64,000 nucleotides of DNA from a virus. Below are positions 38,546 to 48,500 of the stretch, piece by piece. Position 1 is the first letter of the stretch; every line of letters begins with the position of its first letter. Where the stretch lies: the IMG/VR virus record IMGVR_UViG_3300010048_000001, positions 32,001-96,000 of that record. One strand, 5' to 3'. Position numbers and translations under genes: made by a program. Under the pieces are notes generated by a model. It saw nothing but the letters and a program-made list of their open reading frames with translations, made no database searches and was not told where the DNA came from.

Positions 38546-39655
38546 TTGTCAGGTTTCAGACCATCGCTAGTCACGCACCGCGAAGACCAGCCGGGACAAC
38601 GGCTCCGACAGCTATTGGAAAATCCCAAGGTTGTCGAGAAATTCAAGGCGGCCGTCCCGCGGCACCTCAATCCAGAGAGGATGCTGCGTGTCTCTGCGCT
38701 GGCATTGCAGAAGACACCAAAGCTGCTCGAATGCGACCCCATGACACTGCTCGGCGCGATGATGGTTTGCGCCAGTCTCGGCATTGAGCCGAATACGCCT
38801 CTTGGGCACGCGTACCTGATCCCCTTCGAGCGCCGGCAGAAGAACGACAGCGGTCGCTGGGTAACAGCTGGCGTAGATATCAATCTCATTATCGGATACC
38901 GGGGCTACATCGACTTGGCGCGACGGACCGGCATGATGGTGTCACTGCACGCCGATGTCGTCTACGGGCCCGCTGGAGACATGAAGGGCGACGAGTTCTC
39001 CTTCGAGTACGGATCGAACATGCATCTGCGGCATGTGCCGATCGGAGACAACGAAGGTCGCCCGCCTGTTTGGGCATACGCCCACGCCTCGCTGAAAGAC
39101 GGACAAGCGTTCGAGGTGCTCCCGTATGAGCGCGTGCTGAAGGTCCGCGATAATTCTGAGGGATATCGACATGCATTACGAGCCAAAGAGCGGCTGGATA
39201 ATGGTGATAGATCGGCCCGTCGCACCTGGGAATCTGCGCCGTGGGTGGCCTTCGAGCACGAGATGGCAGCCAAGACCATGGTTCGGCGCCTTAGCAAAAT
39301 GCTGCCGCTGTCCATCGAATTCGCTAATGCCGCCGCGCTCGACACGATGAGCGAGACCGGCAGCGTCGATTTCTCATCCTTCATGGACGGGGCTGATATG
39401 AGCACAATCGACGTCACGGCGAGTGCGATCGAACAAGATACGGAGCCAGAGGAGCAGGAAAGGCGCCGCGGCCGGCCGCTGGGCAGCCGCAACAAGCCAC
39501 GGCATGAGGAAACCGAGCAGCAGCAGAATTCGGAGCAAGAAGACGGTCTCCCCGACCGAGCTGCTCCGAATAGCCCCCGGGAGAACGATGACGGTCCCCC
39601 AGACCCCTCTCCCGGGGGCGCCCCTCCAAAGCCGCAAGTGAGCTTCGAGGTCTGA
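38546..39655 (+). CDS. recT: RecT-family ssDNA annealing protein
   Basis: PKLLECDP, LGIEPN..LGHAYLIPF, IIGYRGYIDLARR, EMAAKT..RRL.K.LPLS. Confidence 0.95.
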   Translation: MSGFRPSLVTHREDQPGQRLRQLLENPKVVEKFKAAVPRHLNPERMLRVSALALQKTPKLLECDPMTLLGAMMVCASLGIEPNTPLGHAYLIPFERRQKNDSGRWVTAGVDINLIIGYRGYIDLARRTGMMVSLHADVVYGPAGDMKGDEFSFEYGSNMHLRHVPIGDNEGRPPVWAYAHASLKDGQAFEVLPYERVLKVRDNSEGYRHALRAKERLDNGDRSARRTWESAPWVAFEHEMAAKTMVRRLSKMLPLSIEFANAAALDTMSETGSVDFSSFMDGADMSTIDVTASAIEQDTEPEEQERRRGRPLGSRNKPRHEETEQQQNSEQEDGLPDRAAPNSPRENDDGPPDPSPGGAPPKPQVSFEV

Positions 39656-39841
39656 TACCGCCATGATCGTATGCAAGGGCTTCTGTACGCACCGAGATTG
39701 CTGGCAGGCGAAAGCAGACGAGTGCCGCGCTGGGGCAGAGGAATATCGGCGCAAAACCCCGCCGTGGAGTGACCCAGCTCAAGCTCTAGACGAGCGTGCC
39801 GACCAGTGGGAATCCATGATTAGTCGGCTGCGGATCATCCG

Positions 39842-41497
39842 ATGATTTCCATAAATATTCGCGACTACAGAGGTTGCGAGTTCGCTGACATTGAGTGCGC
39901 ACCACTGGCTCTCGTCGCCGGCCGCAATGCGGTTGGCAAGTCGTCAATCGCTGGCGCGCTTGCGGCAATCCTGTCCAGCGAAGCGGTGCCGCCGGGCATC
40001 AAGAAGGGAAGCGCTGCCGCGCTGGTTCGCGCCGGCGCGAAGAACGCCATCGTCAAGATCCGCGATGACAATGGTGCCGCCTCTCTTGATTGGCCTGCCT
40101 GTGCCGCACTCCATTCGGGCCAGGCGCCACATGCAGACGAATTCGCAACCGGGATCCAGAGCCTCGTCGACCTAGACATCAAGGAACGGGCCCGGCTTCT
40201 CTCCGATCGCCTCGGCGCGGAACCTACGGCAGAGGAATTAGCCCAGGCGCTCAAAGACGCCGAGCTTGCCGGCAAATATCTCGAGCCTCTGCGGATGAAT
40301 ATCGAAACGCATGGCTGGGATGGCGCGCATACCAAAGCGGCCGAGACCGGAGCCGAACTTAAGGGCCGCTGGCAGCAGGTTACAGGCGCTAACTATGGAA
40401 AGCGGCTGGCCCAGGATTGGGTGCCGGAGGGATGGGATAACGGCCTGAGACCGCTCGGCGAGCATACACTGTTGCAGCGTGCAGAAGACGCTCGGGCCGA
40501 GCTCGAAAAAGCAATCGGCGCAACAGCAGTGTTATCATCCAATTATGAGGCGCTCAAGGCGGAGGCCGGCGAGCACGCCGCGGCAGAGGAAGCGGAGAAA
40601 CAAGCTGTGCAAAGGCTGACGCAGGTTCGAGCAGCACGCGCAGCACTCCCCGCAGTGAACCAGACGACACCAATGCCGTGCCCGCATTGTGGTGGGCGGC
40701 TAGTGCTACGGCGCAAAGACAGCGCTGCGCTCGCTCTCGAGAAAGCCCCAGATGACGAATTGCTACAGGCGAAAGAGCTAAAGCAACGGCGTGAAGCCAT
40801 CGCCGGCGCCGACGGCGAAATAGCCAATGCCGAAGCGGAGCACACTAAGGCGCGTGAGTGGGTCCGGCGCTCGAACGAAGCCGCAGCAGCGCTGCTGAAA
40901 GCACGTCCACCAACCGACGCGTCTGTTGACCGAGAGGCCGCGCGTCTCGCTGCCGATGATGCTCAGAACAGACTCAAGGCCTATCGTGCCAAGACGGCGG
41001 CCGCTGGCCTGGTTGCCAAGATCAACGAGAACGACAAGGTGCTCGAGATCCTTGCCCCGACCGGACTGCGAGCCCGCAAGCTGCTCAAGACACTGGATCT
41101 CCTCAATAAGGAATTCTTTGCCCCCGTATGTGAGGCGGCAGCATGGAAGCCGGTTAGCGTCGCCGAAGATATGACACTGGCCTATGGCGGCCGGGCATAT
41201 CCGCTTCTGAGCGCATCGGAGCAATACCGGGTGCGCGTCACGACGCAGGTTGCGCTGGCGCGACTTTCCGACGCTTCGATGCTGGTGATCGATGGCGCTG
41301 ACATCCTCGACGCGCAATCGCGCAGCGGGCTGTTTGCGCTGCTGACCAATGTCGGGATCCCCGCACTCATCTGCATGACGTTGCCGAGGCGGGACACGGT
41401 CCCCGACCTCGCAGCGCTCGGCTGCGGCCACAGCTATTGGATTGAAAATGGGATCGCCGAGCGGATCGGTGCGGACAAGGCAGAGGCGGCGGAATGA
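39842..41497 (+). CDS. SbcC/Rad50-like ABC ATPase
   Basis: Walker A GRNAVGKSS, coiled coil with CPHC hook, LSASE signature, LVIDGADILD. Confidence 0.85.
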   Translation: MISINIRDYRGCEFADIECAPLALVAGRNAVGKSSIAGALAAILSSEAVPPGIKKGSAAALVRAGAKNAIVKIRDDNGAASLDWPACAALHSGQAPHADEFATGIQSLVDLDIKERARLLSDRLGAEPTAEELAQALKDAELAGKYLEPLRMNIETHGWDGAHTKAAETGAELKGRWQQVTGANYGKRLAQDWVPEGWDNGLRPLGEHTLLQRAEDARAELEKAIGATAVLSSNYEALKAEAGEHAAAEEAEKQAVQRLTQVRAARAALPAVNQTTPMPCPHCGGRLVLRRKDSAALALEKAPDDELLQAKELKQRREAIAGADGEIANAEAEHTKAREWVRRSNEAAAALLKARPPTDASVDREAARLAADDAQNRLKAYRAKTAAAGLVAKINENDKVLEILAPTGLRARKLLKTLDLLNKEFFAPVCEAAAWKPVSVAEDMTLAYGGRAYPLLSASEQYRVRVTTQVALARLSDASMLVIDGADILDAQSRSGLFALLTNVGIPALICMTLPRRDTVPDLAALGCGHSYWIENGIAERIGADKAEAAE

Positions 41498-41624
41498 ACG
41501 AGCATCGCGGGACCCCTTGGCTCGGGGCAATCATCGCGATTGGGATAGCTGCCGCAGCTTGGTATTTCCTGATCGGCCACGAACTCATCGCCACGCCAAT
41601 CCCCGGATCGTAATGGAGACTGAC

Positions 41625-41873
41625 GTGGCTGAAACGCCACTAAGGCGCCAGGGACTCTTCCTCTGTGAGTCAGAAATCGCCCGCCGCCTCGGCGTAAGCG
41701 AGAAACGCTGGCGCGAGATTCGGGCGCGTCTTGAGCGGGAGGAGGGGCTGCCGCAAATTCATCCTCTGCTCGGTGGCCGATGCTGGCCTGCCGTCGAGGC
41801 GTGGTGCATTAGCCTCTACAAATCAGGCGGCATGGTCGCAGCGAAGGCAGATGGTGAGGAAAAATGGGACTGA
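41625..41873 (+). CDS. Putative excisionase (winged HTH)
   Basis: ESEIARRLGVSEK..GLPQIHPLLGGRCWPAVEAW; GGAG SD; near the integrase. Confidence 0.7.
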   Translation: MAETPLRRQGLFLCESEIARRLGVSEKRWREIRARLEREEGLPQIHPLLGGRCWPAVEAWCISLYKSGGMVAAKADGEEKWD

Positions 41874-41877
41874 CAGA

Positions 41878-42567
41878 ATGACTCCTACCCCCTGTATGGC
41901 GGATTTTTCTCACAATAACCAACTGCCGTATCCGACCTACGCCGCCGATCGTATCGGCTTTGCCCAAATGGTCGCGGGGAAATGGCCATTTGTTATGCAC
42001 AAACTAACGCAAGGCGCGAGCTTCGTTGATCCAACTGTGGTCGGTCGCCTAAGCCAAGCAGCGCAAGTGCCGGGAATAAATCTAGGTGTTTTCCACTTTA
42101 TGGACGATAGCCCGATTCATTTGCAAGTCGGGAACTTTATGGGTGGCCTAATGAGGCTTGCCACGGCCCTGCCGACTGGCACATTCGTGCGCTTAGCGGT
42201 CGATAACGAGCCAGACACGATCGGGTTGCCAGTTACAGCGCAGAGCGATGCGCTTGCGGCTATGATGGCTCAAGCGATGTTTGCCGCCACAGGCAAGCGC
42301 CCACTCGTTTACGGGAATCGGTACAATTTCTTTTCGGCTAGGACGATTGGGCCAATGGCTGCGTCGCAATTATGGCTCGCCAAATACGGCCCGGACGCGG
42401 ACGCCGCCGGTTGCCCCCCAGGATGGGTCAATTGGCAGTTCCAGCAATTCAGCGATGGGTCTGTCGACACGCGGGGGCTATCGGTGCCGGGATTCGGTGG
42501 CGTCGCACTAGACATGAGTGAGTTTGCTGGATCGCTCGCCGAGGCAATCCAGACATGGACAATGTGA
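41878..42567 (+). CDS. GH25 lysozyme/muramidase (endolysin candidate)
   Basis: DFSH, KLTQG..F.D, G.FHF, DNE (DxE), LWLAKY, W.FQQFS, LD.S.F.G. Confidence 0.88.
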   Translation: MTPTPCMADFSHNNQLPYPTYAADRIGFAQMVAGKWPFVMHKLTQGASFVDPTVVGRLSQAAQVPGINLGVFHFMDDSPIHLQVGNFMGGLMRLATALPTGTFVRLAVDNEPDTIGLPVTAQSDALAAMMAQAMFAATGKRPLVYGNRYNFFSARTIGPMAASQLWLAKYGPDADAAGCPPGWVNWQFQQFSDGSVDTRGLSVPGFGGVALDMSEFAGSLAEAIQTWTM

Positions 42568-42674
42568 CACCAGAATTCGCCGCACGACGCGGCGGGTCGT
42601 GATCGGAGCCGGAACACGGGAAATGTAGGCGACTCCGATCACGCTTCCCCACAAGGAGGAGAGCTAAGCGTATC

Positions 42675-43028
42675 ATGAAAAAAATCGTAATCGCAACAGC
42701 TGCGGCGCTCATCAGCGGCATCGCTAGTGCCCCGAGTTGGGCCGACTGTACCAATTTCGGCGGCGAGCATCCCCCGTTTTGCGAAACAGGGACTTTCGTG
42801 GTCGATAGCGTAAACCCGGACAGATGCCTAAAGGGGCATATGTCTGACAGCGGGAACAAATACGCTCTTCAGTATAGCGCCACACCTGGGGTGGTGATCG
42901 GTGGCGCAATAGTGGCTGAGCTTCTGTTCCACGGCGGCGATGTGAGTGTGGTGACCAAGGGACTACAAACAACCTGTGACGATGGTGGCTATTACCAGAT
43001 CGTCGCGGTCCGCCGCGGCGGGTTCTAA
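42675..43028 (+). CDS. Secreted Cys-containing protein
   Basis: AGGAGG SD; signal peptide ending SWA. Confidence 0.75.
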   Translation: MKKIVIATAAALISGIASAPSWADCTNFGGEHPPFCETGTFVVDSVNPDRCLKGHMSDSGNKYALQYSATPGVVIGGAIVAELLFHGGDVSVVTKGLQTTCDDGGYYQIVAVRRGGF

Positions 43029-43190
43029 AGGACTTTTATGATGGATGGCGGCCCCGTAAAGGGGCCGTCAACACCCGAAGGACGATGGTTGACGACGCGG
43101 CGGTACTTGATGTACCCAAGCACGATCCGCGATGCAACCGACGTGCCGTCGGCTAAATGAAAACCTTGGAGGGGGCGATAGGAGCCATGA

Positions 43191-43817
43191 ATGAACAATT
43201 CCATCCTCCCCATGATCGCCATGGGCGCTCTTACGATAGGGTCCGCACACGCTAGTCCGATCACACTTGGGACCAGCAACCATACGGCGACCGGCCAATT
43301 CCTGGTCTCGGCCGCCGGCGGAATAACCAGGGTATCGACAACAATGACAGGGGTGTTTGGCGTGGGCCCAGCATCCTATGCGGGAGACGTTGGCATCTAT
43401 ACGTTCTCCGGCGGCATCGCTCCGTTGTTCGGCCTGCAGAGCCTGACGATCGTCTTTGGCGATGGTAACGCGGTCGTGGGGTCCGTGTCGTGGGGCAGTG
43501 GAATTATGACGAAGCAACCCGATGGTTTCTTTGCACTCGATGGTTCCTACACGGTAGGCGTTTCGGTCGGCGATGCGGCGTTCCTGGAAGATTTTCCGGT
43601 TGGCTTCATGACATCCGTCGACCTGCTAGCTGGCCCTCAGGGCGGACAGCCGGATAGCACGCCGTGGGGTTTCATCTCGAGCGGTAAGGTGATCGGAGGC
43701 GATCCGCCTGTGGATCCCAACCGGGTTCCGGAGCCGAACGCGTCCTATATCTTTCTGGCTGCGATTGGGGCAGCCGCATGGTCCGTCTCGCGGAGGCGAG
43801 ATGCCGCGCAGCCCTAG
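43191..43817 (+). CDS. PEP-CTERM sorting-domain surface protein
   Basis: Signal peptide ending AHA; C-terminal VPEP + hydrophobic helix + RRR. Confidence 0.85.
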   Translation: MNNSILPMIAMGALTIGSAHASPITLGTSNHTATGQFLVSAAGGITRVSTTMTGVFGVGPASYAGDVGIYTFSGGIAPLFGLQSLTIVFGDGNAVVGSVSWGSGIMTKQPDGFFALDGSYTVGVSVGDAAFLEDFPVGFMTSVDLLAGPQGGQPDSTPWGFISSGKVIGGDPPVDPNRVPEPNASYIFLAAIGAAAWSVSRRRDAAQP

Positions 43818-45012
43818 CGATACCCCAGGCCTCGAGATAGCCGTCCGTAACGGCCGGCGCATCCCGCGGTGGCGTGCCCGCAAGGAAGCCGTGAAGCTCG
43901 GCTTCAAGCCGTCGACGCAGCGACTTAACATTGACCCCGATAATCTCGACGAGCTCGGCAAGAAATGCCGAGAGTTGTGGGCCGAGATGGAGGCCTGGCT
44001 CGACACCCAGCCGCGCACTGATGTTCCTACGTGGGACGGGACGATTGGCTGTCTGATCGAGACGTATAAGGTTGATCCGTATTCTCCGTATCAGGCACTC
44101 TCGCACGGCTCGCGGCAGGCCTATGACTACGATCTTGGCGTACTCCTCAAAACCGTCGGGGAGCGGCGCCTCGATAAACTTACCGGCAAAGACTTCCGGC
44201 GTTGGTACGACAATCTGCGGCGGCCAGCGCAGCCCGGAGGCCCAGAGCGGATCCGTCGTGCAGCCGGCGTTATGACGATGCTGCGGATCCTCGTCGGATA
44301 CGGGGTTGAGTCAGATATCGCGCATTGCGATCGCCTTAAATTGATCTTGGGCAGCATGCGGTTCAAAGGGCCCGGCCATAGGACCCAGTTCTTAACTTAC
44401 GAACAGGCGGCAGCTATAATTGCCAAGGCGCATGAGCTCGGCTTCCCGGAGATCGCCCTTGGTCAGGCGTTGCAATTCGAGGCGACACTTAGACAAAGCG
44501 ACGTAATCGGCCAGTGGATCCCAGACCCTGATGCCCCGCATCGCTCACGATGGACGGGCGGGTTGTTGTGGGGACAGCACATCTCTAAGGATTACATCCT
44601 CGAAAAACGCACTACCAAACGGGGAGTGCTGTCCCACGTCGATTTGAAGGGCTACCCGTTGGCGCTGGCCGAGCTACAGAACGTGCCGATAGAGAGGCGC
44701 GTAGGCCCGGTCATCATCGACAGCCGCACCGGAGCGCCCTTCAAGGAAGGGTTGTACGCCAGGCGCTGGAGGGTAATTGCTAGGGCTGCGGGCGTCCCAG
44801 ACAACATTTGGAATCGCGACAGCCGCGCCGGCGGCGTCACTGAGGGATCAGACGCCGGGGCGGATATGGAACTTCTTCGGCATCACGCGTCACACCGGTC
44901 GCTTTCCTCGACCGAGGTTTATAGTAGACCGACCTTAGCGAAGACCACCCGTGTAGCTAAGCTGCGGCTCGCTCACCGCGAACGCAGAGCACAAGATCGC
45001 ATCAAGGACTGA
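43801..45012 (+). CDS. int: Tyrosine integrase
   Basis: LRQSD (Arg I), TTKRG, RDSRAGGVTE, HASH....T..Y catalytic residues; GGAGG SD. Confidence 0.92.
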   Translation: MPRSPSDTPGLEIAVRNGRRIPRWRARKEAVKLGFKPSTQRLNIDPDNLDELGKKCRELWAEMEAWLDTQPRTDVPTWDGTIGCLIETYKVDPYSPYQALSHGSRQAYDYDLGVLLKTVGERRLDKLTGKDFRRWYDNLRRPAQPGGPERIRRAAGVMTMLRILVGYGVESDIAHCDRLKLILGSMRFKGPGHRTQFLTYEQAAAIIAKAHELGFPEIALGQALQFEATLRQSDVIGQWIPDPDAPHRSRWTGGLLWGQHISKDYILEKRTTKRGVLSHVDLKGYPLALAELQNVPIERRVGPVIIDSRTGAPFKEGLYARRWRVIARAAGVPDNIWNRDSRAGGVTEGSDAGADMELLRHHASHRSLSSTEVYSRPTLAKTTRVAKLRLAHRERRAQDRIKD

Positions 45013-45200
45013 CGAACGAAATAGAAACAAACAATGTCCACCCTAATTTCCACCCTGTCCACCCTATGCTATAGAATCCGCCACTTAATCGAGGCGTCAT
45101 AAAGAGGGCCGATCTGGAGGCGGCTGTTGATTTATAACGATTTATGCTGATTTATTTTCCACCCTACGGGCGACTTGCGGCAACAGAGAGGGACGGGTCC
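45013..45200. other. Putative attP with arm-type repeats
   Basis: TCCACCCT at 45037, 45049, 45058 and 45158; AT-rich TGATTTAT tracts; immediately after int. Confidence 0.65.
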
Positions 45201-45232
45201 GGCATGCCCATTCCACTCAGCAGGAGTGCACT

Positions 45233-45526
45233 ATGTCTTATGAATCGAAGACGATCCGTGGTCCGCAAATGACCCCAACTGATGCCGAGCTAGAAAAATC
45301 AACTGATGAAAAAATCGCGGCGCAATGGCTTGGGTGGAGGATTGGGCCGACAAAACAGCGCGAAATTGCGGAGGCAATACGTTCTGCTCGCTACGAGGAG
45401 CGCGAGCGCTGCGCTAGAATTGTCGATCGCCATCCCGACGAGGCGCACCCATCTGTGTTCGATCCGGAAGAGGTGCGCGGGTGCTGTGAGGAGATGGCCG
45501 CAAGGATTAGGAGCGGCGAGAAATGA
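45233..45526 (+). CDS. Hypothetical protein
   Basis: AGGAG SD; EERERCARI..AARIR small-phage-protein motif. Confidence 0.65.
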   Translation: MSYESKTIRGPQMTPTDAELEKSTDEKIAAQWLGWRIGPTKQREIAEAIRSARYEERERCARIVDRHPDEAHPSVFDPEEVRGCCEEMAARIRSGEK

Positions 45527-45571
45527 ATACCCTAAGCAAACGCCACTTGAGGCCGTGCAGCAGGTGTCTAG

Positions 45572-48500
45572 TTAGGGCGCCGTAGGGAGTCCCTCGGCGC
45601 GCCGCACCATAGGGCGAAGCTGCTCCATTTCCTTGTCTCGCGTAATATAGAACTGATCGAGAGCTCGGCGCTTAGCCTCGGCGCTTGCCCCCTGATTCAT
45701 CAGAGTTGCCTGTAACTGCTTGCGCTGCCGAGCGAGCACCATCCCGGCGCGCTGCATGGCTTTGTCGAGTTGCGGGCTATACTCTGGATGCTCCTGTCGT
45801 AACCTCTCGACAGCTTCCGCATCACCCATCTGGGAGGCTTTTTTCATGCCCTGCCCAACGATCGAAACCTCTTTCTTGAGATCGTAGAAGTCTGTTTGGA
45901 TCCGGTTCGCGGCCTCAGGTCCCTCTCGGACGAAGCGGTTCAGGACAGGCGTGTCGGCGCCGCCCCATGCGGCCTGCTGCGGGAGCCAGCCAGCGCTTTC
46001 GCCGATAGCATCTGTCGCTGCCGTAATGTAGCTGGCCCAGCCGGCAACGTAGCCACGGAGCAGATGCTGCACGACTTCGGGCGAGGCTTTGACAGGGGAC
46101 ACAGCATTGTACGCATGCGTCAGCGCAACGATCGACGGACTGTTGAGCGGGCTGTATAGCCCGGCCGCATTCTGTGCCTCATCCGCCTCATTAACGATAG
46201 GCCGTCCAGTGTAGCTATCGGTGTTGAAGTACGTTTCGATCGCGGGCTTAACCGCAACGGGGATCGGATTGAACTTGAACGTGTTGAGGACCATGGCCGT
46301 GAAGGCTTTCGTCAACGCCCGTGTGCTCCCAGCTTCGGTCCCGTTGAAATAGTCCAGCAGCATCTCCGGTAATGAACCCGTAAGAGCACCAACCTCGAAG
46401 GGCTTGGGAATGCGGACGTGCACGGCGTCTGGCCCGTTGCCAAGCCAGACGTGGTAGGCATATTGCCGATCCCAGTCTTCCAGCTTATCCCATTGCTCTT
46501 TATGGTTCTCTTGATTGTATTCCCAAAGCGCTATGGCAGCTCCAGCCATCAGCCCCATACGCGTCAAGACGGCATTGCGATCCTCTCCGATCAACCCTCG
46601 GCCGGTGCGGGCGAGGCCTTGCCAGCGGGCATTGAGGAACGGGATGGTCTGCGCGAGGAACATCGGGATAGCGCCATCGCCATGCGTCGAGAAGTCGAGG
46701 AGGTCTCGAGCTTGGCGCATCGCCTCCGCCTCGTCACCGGTCTTCGCCAAGATGTGCTCGTAGACAGCCGCGCGTGGCCCCAAATCAGCCGCCCGCGTCA
46801 TTCCCTCGCCAATCTTTTTGACGAACCGATACCAATCGGCCGCGGTCTGTACGAGACTGTTCTGGAACTCCTTCCCCTCTATCTGTTCGCGAACGCTTCG
46901 TGGCATGTCGATGTCGTAATGCCCTGACACCGTCCCCGCCGACATCAGCTTCAACGCAATCGGATCCAGGCCGCGCGCCATCCGCACCGCCGACGTCATC
47001 GACGCGATCGGGTTTGTCCCGGTGAGCGCATAAGCATGCAGAGCCATGCGTAGATTGTGGGCAAGAGCGAAGGCTGGGTCGAACACAACCGCACCACGCA
47101 GCAAACGGGCTGGACCAGCGAGGACACGCGTCAGCCCGTTCACGGTGCTCGGCCCAAGCGCCGCGATCGAGCGAAGCAAGAGCGGATCCTTGACCTCGCC
47201 ATATTGCGGCTTGCCGTCGACCATGACCGAAACGACGTTGGGATGCTGATCGGGGTTTTTGATGGCAGCGAATAGGCCTTTGGCGGCTTCCTTCTGCTCC
47301 GCCGTCATCGTGGCCGGGTCGAGTCCCAGATCCGTGAGGAAGTCGCGCACCGCCGGATCACCGAGCTTCGCCTCAAATTCTACACGAGCCGCTTTGCTCA
47401 TCGGCGTAATGGCACCCGTCATGGTTCCCATGTCGTATGTTAGCTGCATTGCGCGGTTCTTCATGCCGCGGCTGATCATCGCCGACGTGTTCATGACCGT
47501 GTTGTCGAGGATATTATTGAAGCGAGCTTCGCCGCCCTTGAGCTCCCGGATCGGCGATCTCTGTCCGGCAATCCCCTGTCGCCCGGGCGTGACGCCTTTG
47601 GTTCCCTCGGGATCAATCGCACGGAAGAACGGCACGTAATCGTCGTGGTCAAAGAGTGTGCGGCTCTGCGGATTAATGAGCCCTGTCGCCTCGCCGAAGT
47701 TCAACAGGTTGTGGTTGTATTCCTGCAGCTCCGCGTGCGCGGCCTGGAACGGATTTGAGCCGTCGGGCTGCGCATATAGCTGGTCGAGATCCCTATACTT
47801 GTCGACCATCTCGGGCGTGATGTTACGCTCGCGGCCTTCGCCGAGCAGCCGCTCGCCGCGTTTGATGCTTGCCCAGAGCTGGAAATCATCGAGGGCGCTC
47901 TGCCCCATATCGGCAATCGGCTTGAGGATCTCCTGAAGCGGCTTAGCTCCTTCTATTTGTTCGACGCGCCCAGAGGTGGGATCGAAGCGCACCTGCCCGC
48001 GTTCAATAACAAAACGGCTGACTGCATGAGAATTGCGCGCGAGGCGCGCAGCCTCGGTCGGCGAGAGCGCTGCCGGCAACAGCTTGCCGCCACCGGCAAT
48101 CTTTTCCTGCCTCTCAAGCCCGGCAAGGTTGTCGAGAACGTGCGCGACAGCGCCGGTCACTCCTTGGTCGCGAATCGCGGAGAGCTTCTCGCGAGTGCGA
48201 TCGAGAAAGCTGCGGCGGTCGGTTCTTTGGATTGATTCTAAATCTTTGCCGCGCTCTTCCGGCGTGCCCCAGCGCCCCCCTCCGGGCGGCGAAGTAGGCG
48301 GACCGCCTCCCGGTGGCCCTGATGCGGAGAGCCCTAACTTCGGGGCTTCTGCCCCTGCAGCGACAATGCTTGCTTCGCTTCCTCGATTGCCGCCTTCACC
48401 TGTGGATCGTCCTGCGGCAATTCCTGCATGTGTTCCAGAAATTGCTGCCATTGCCTCTTTGGGGCGTAGCGCCCCGGCGGATCGATAAAGCCGATCACTC

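Noticed and set aside
45066-45200. tRNA fragment as the att core
   Set aside because: No T-arm/CCA-like sequence is recognisable by eye, and no tRNA or rRNA genes were identified in the window.
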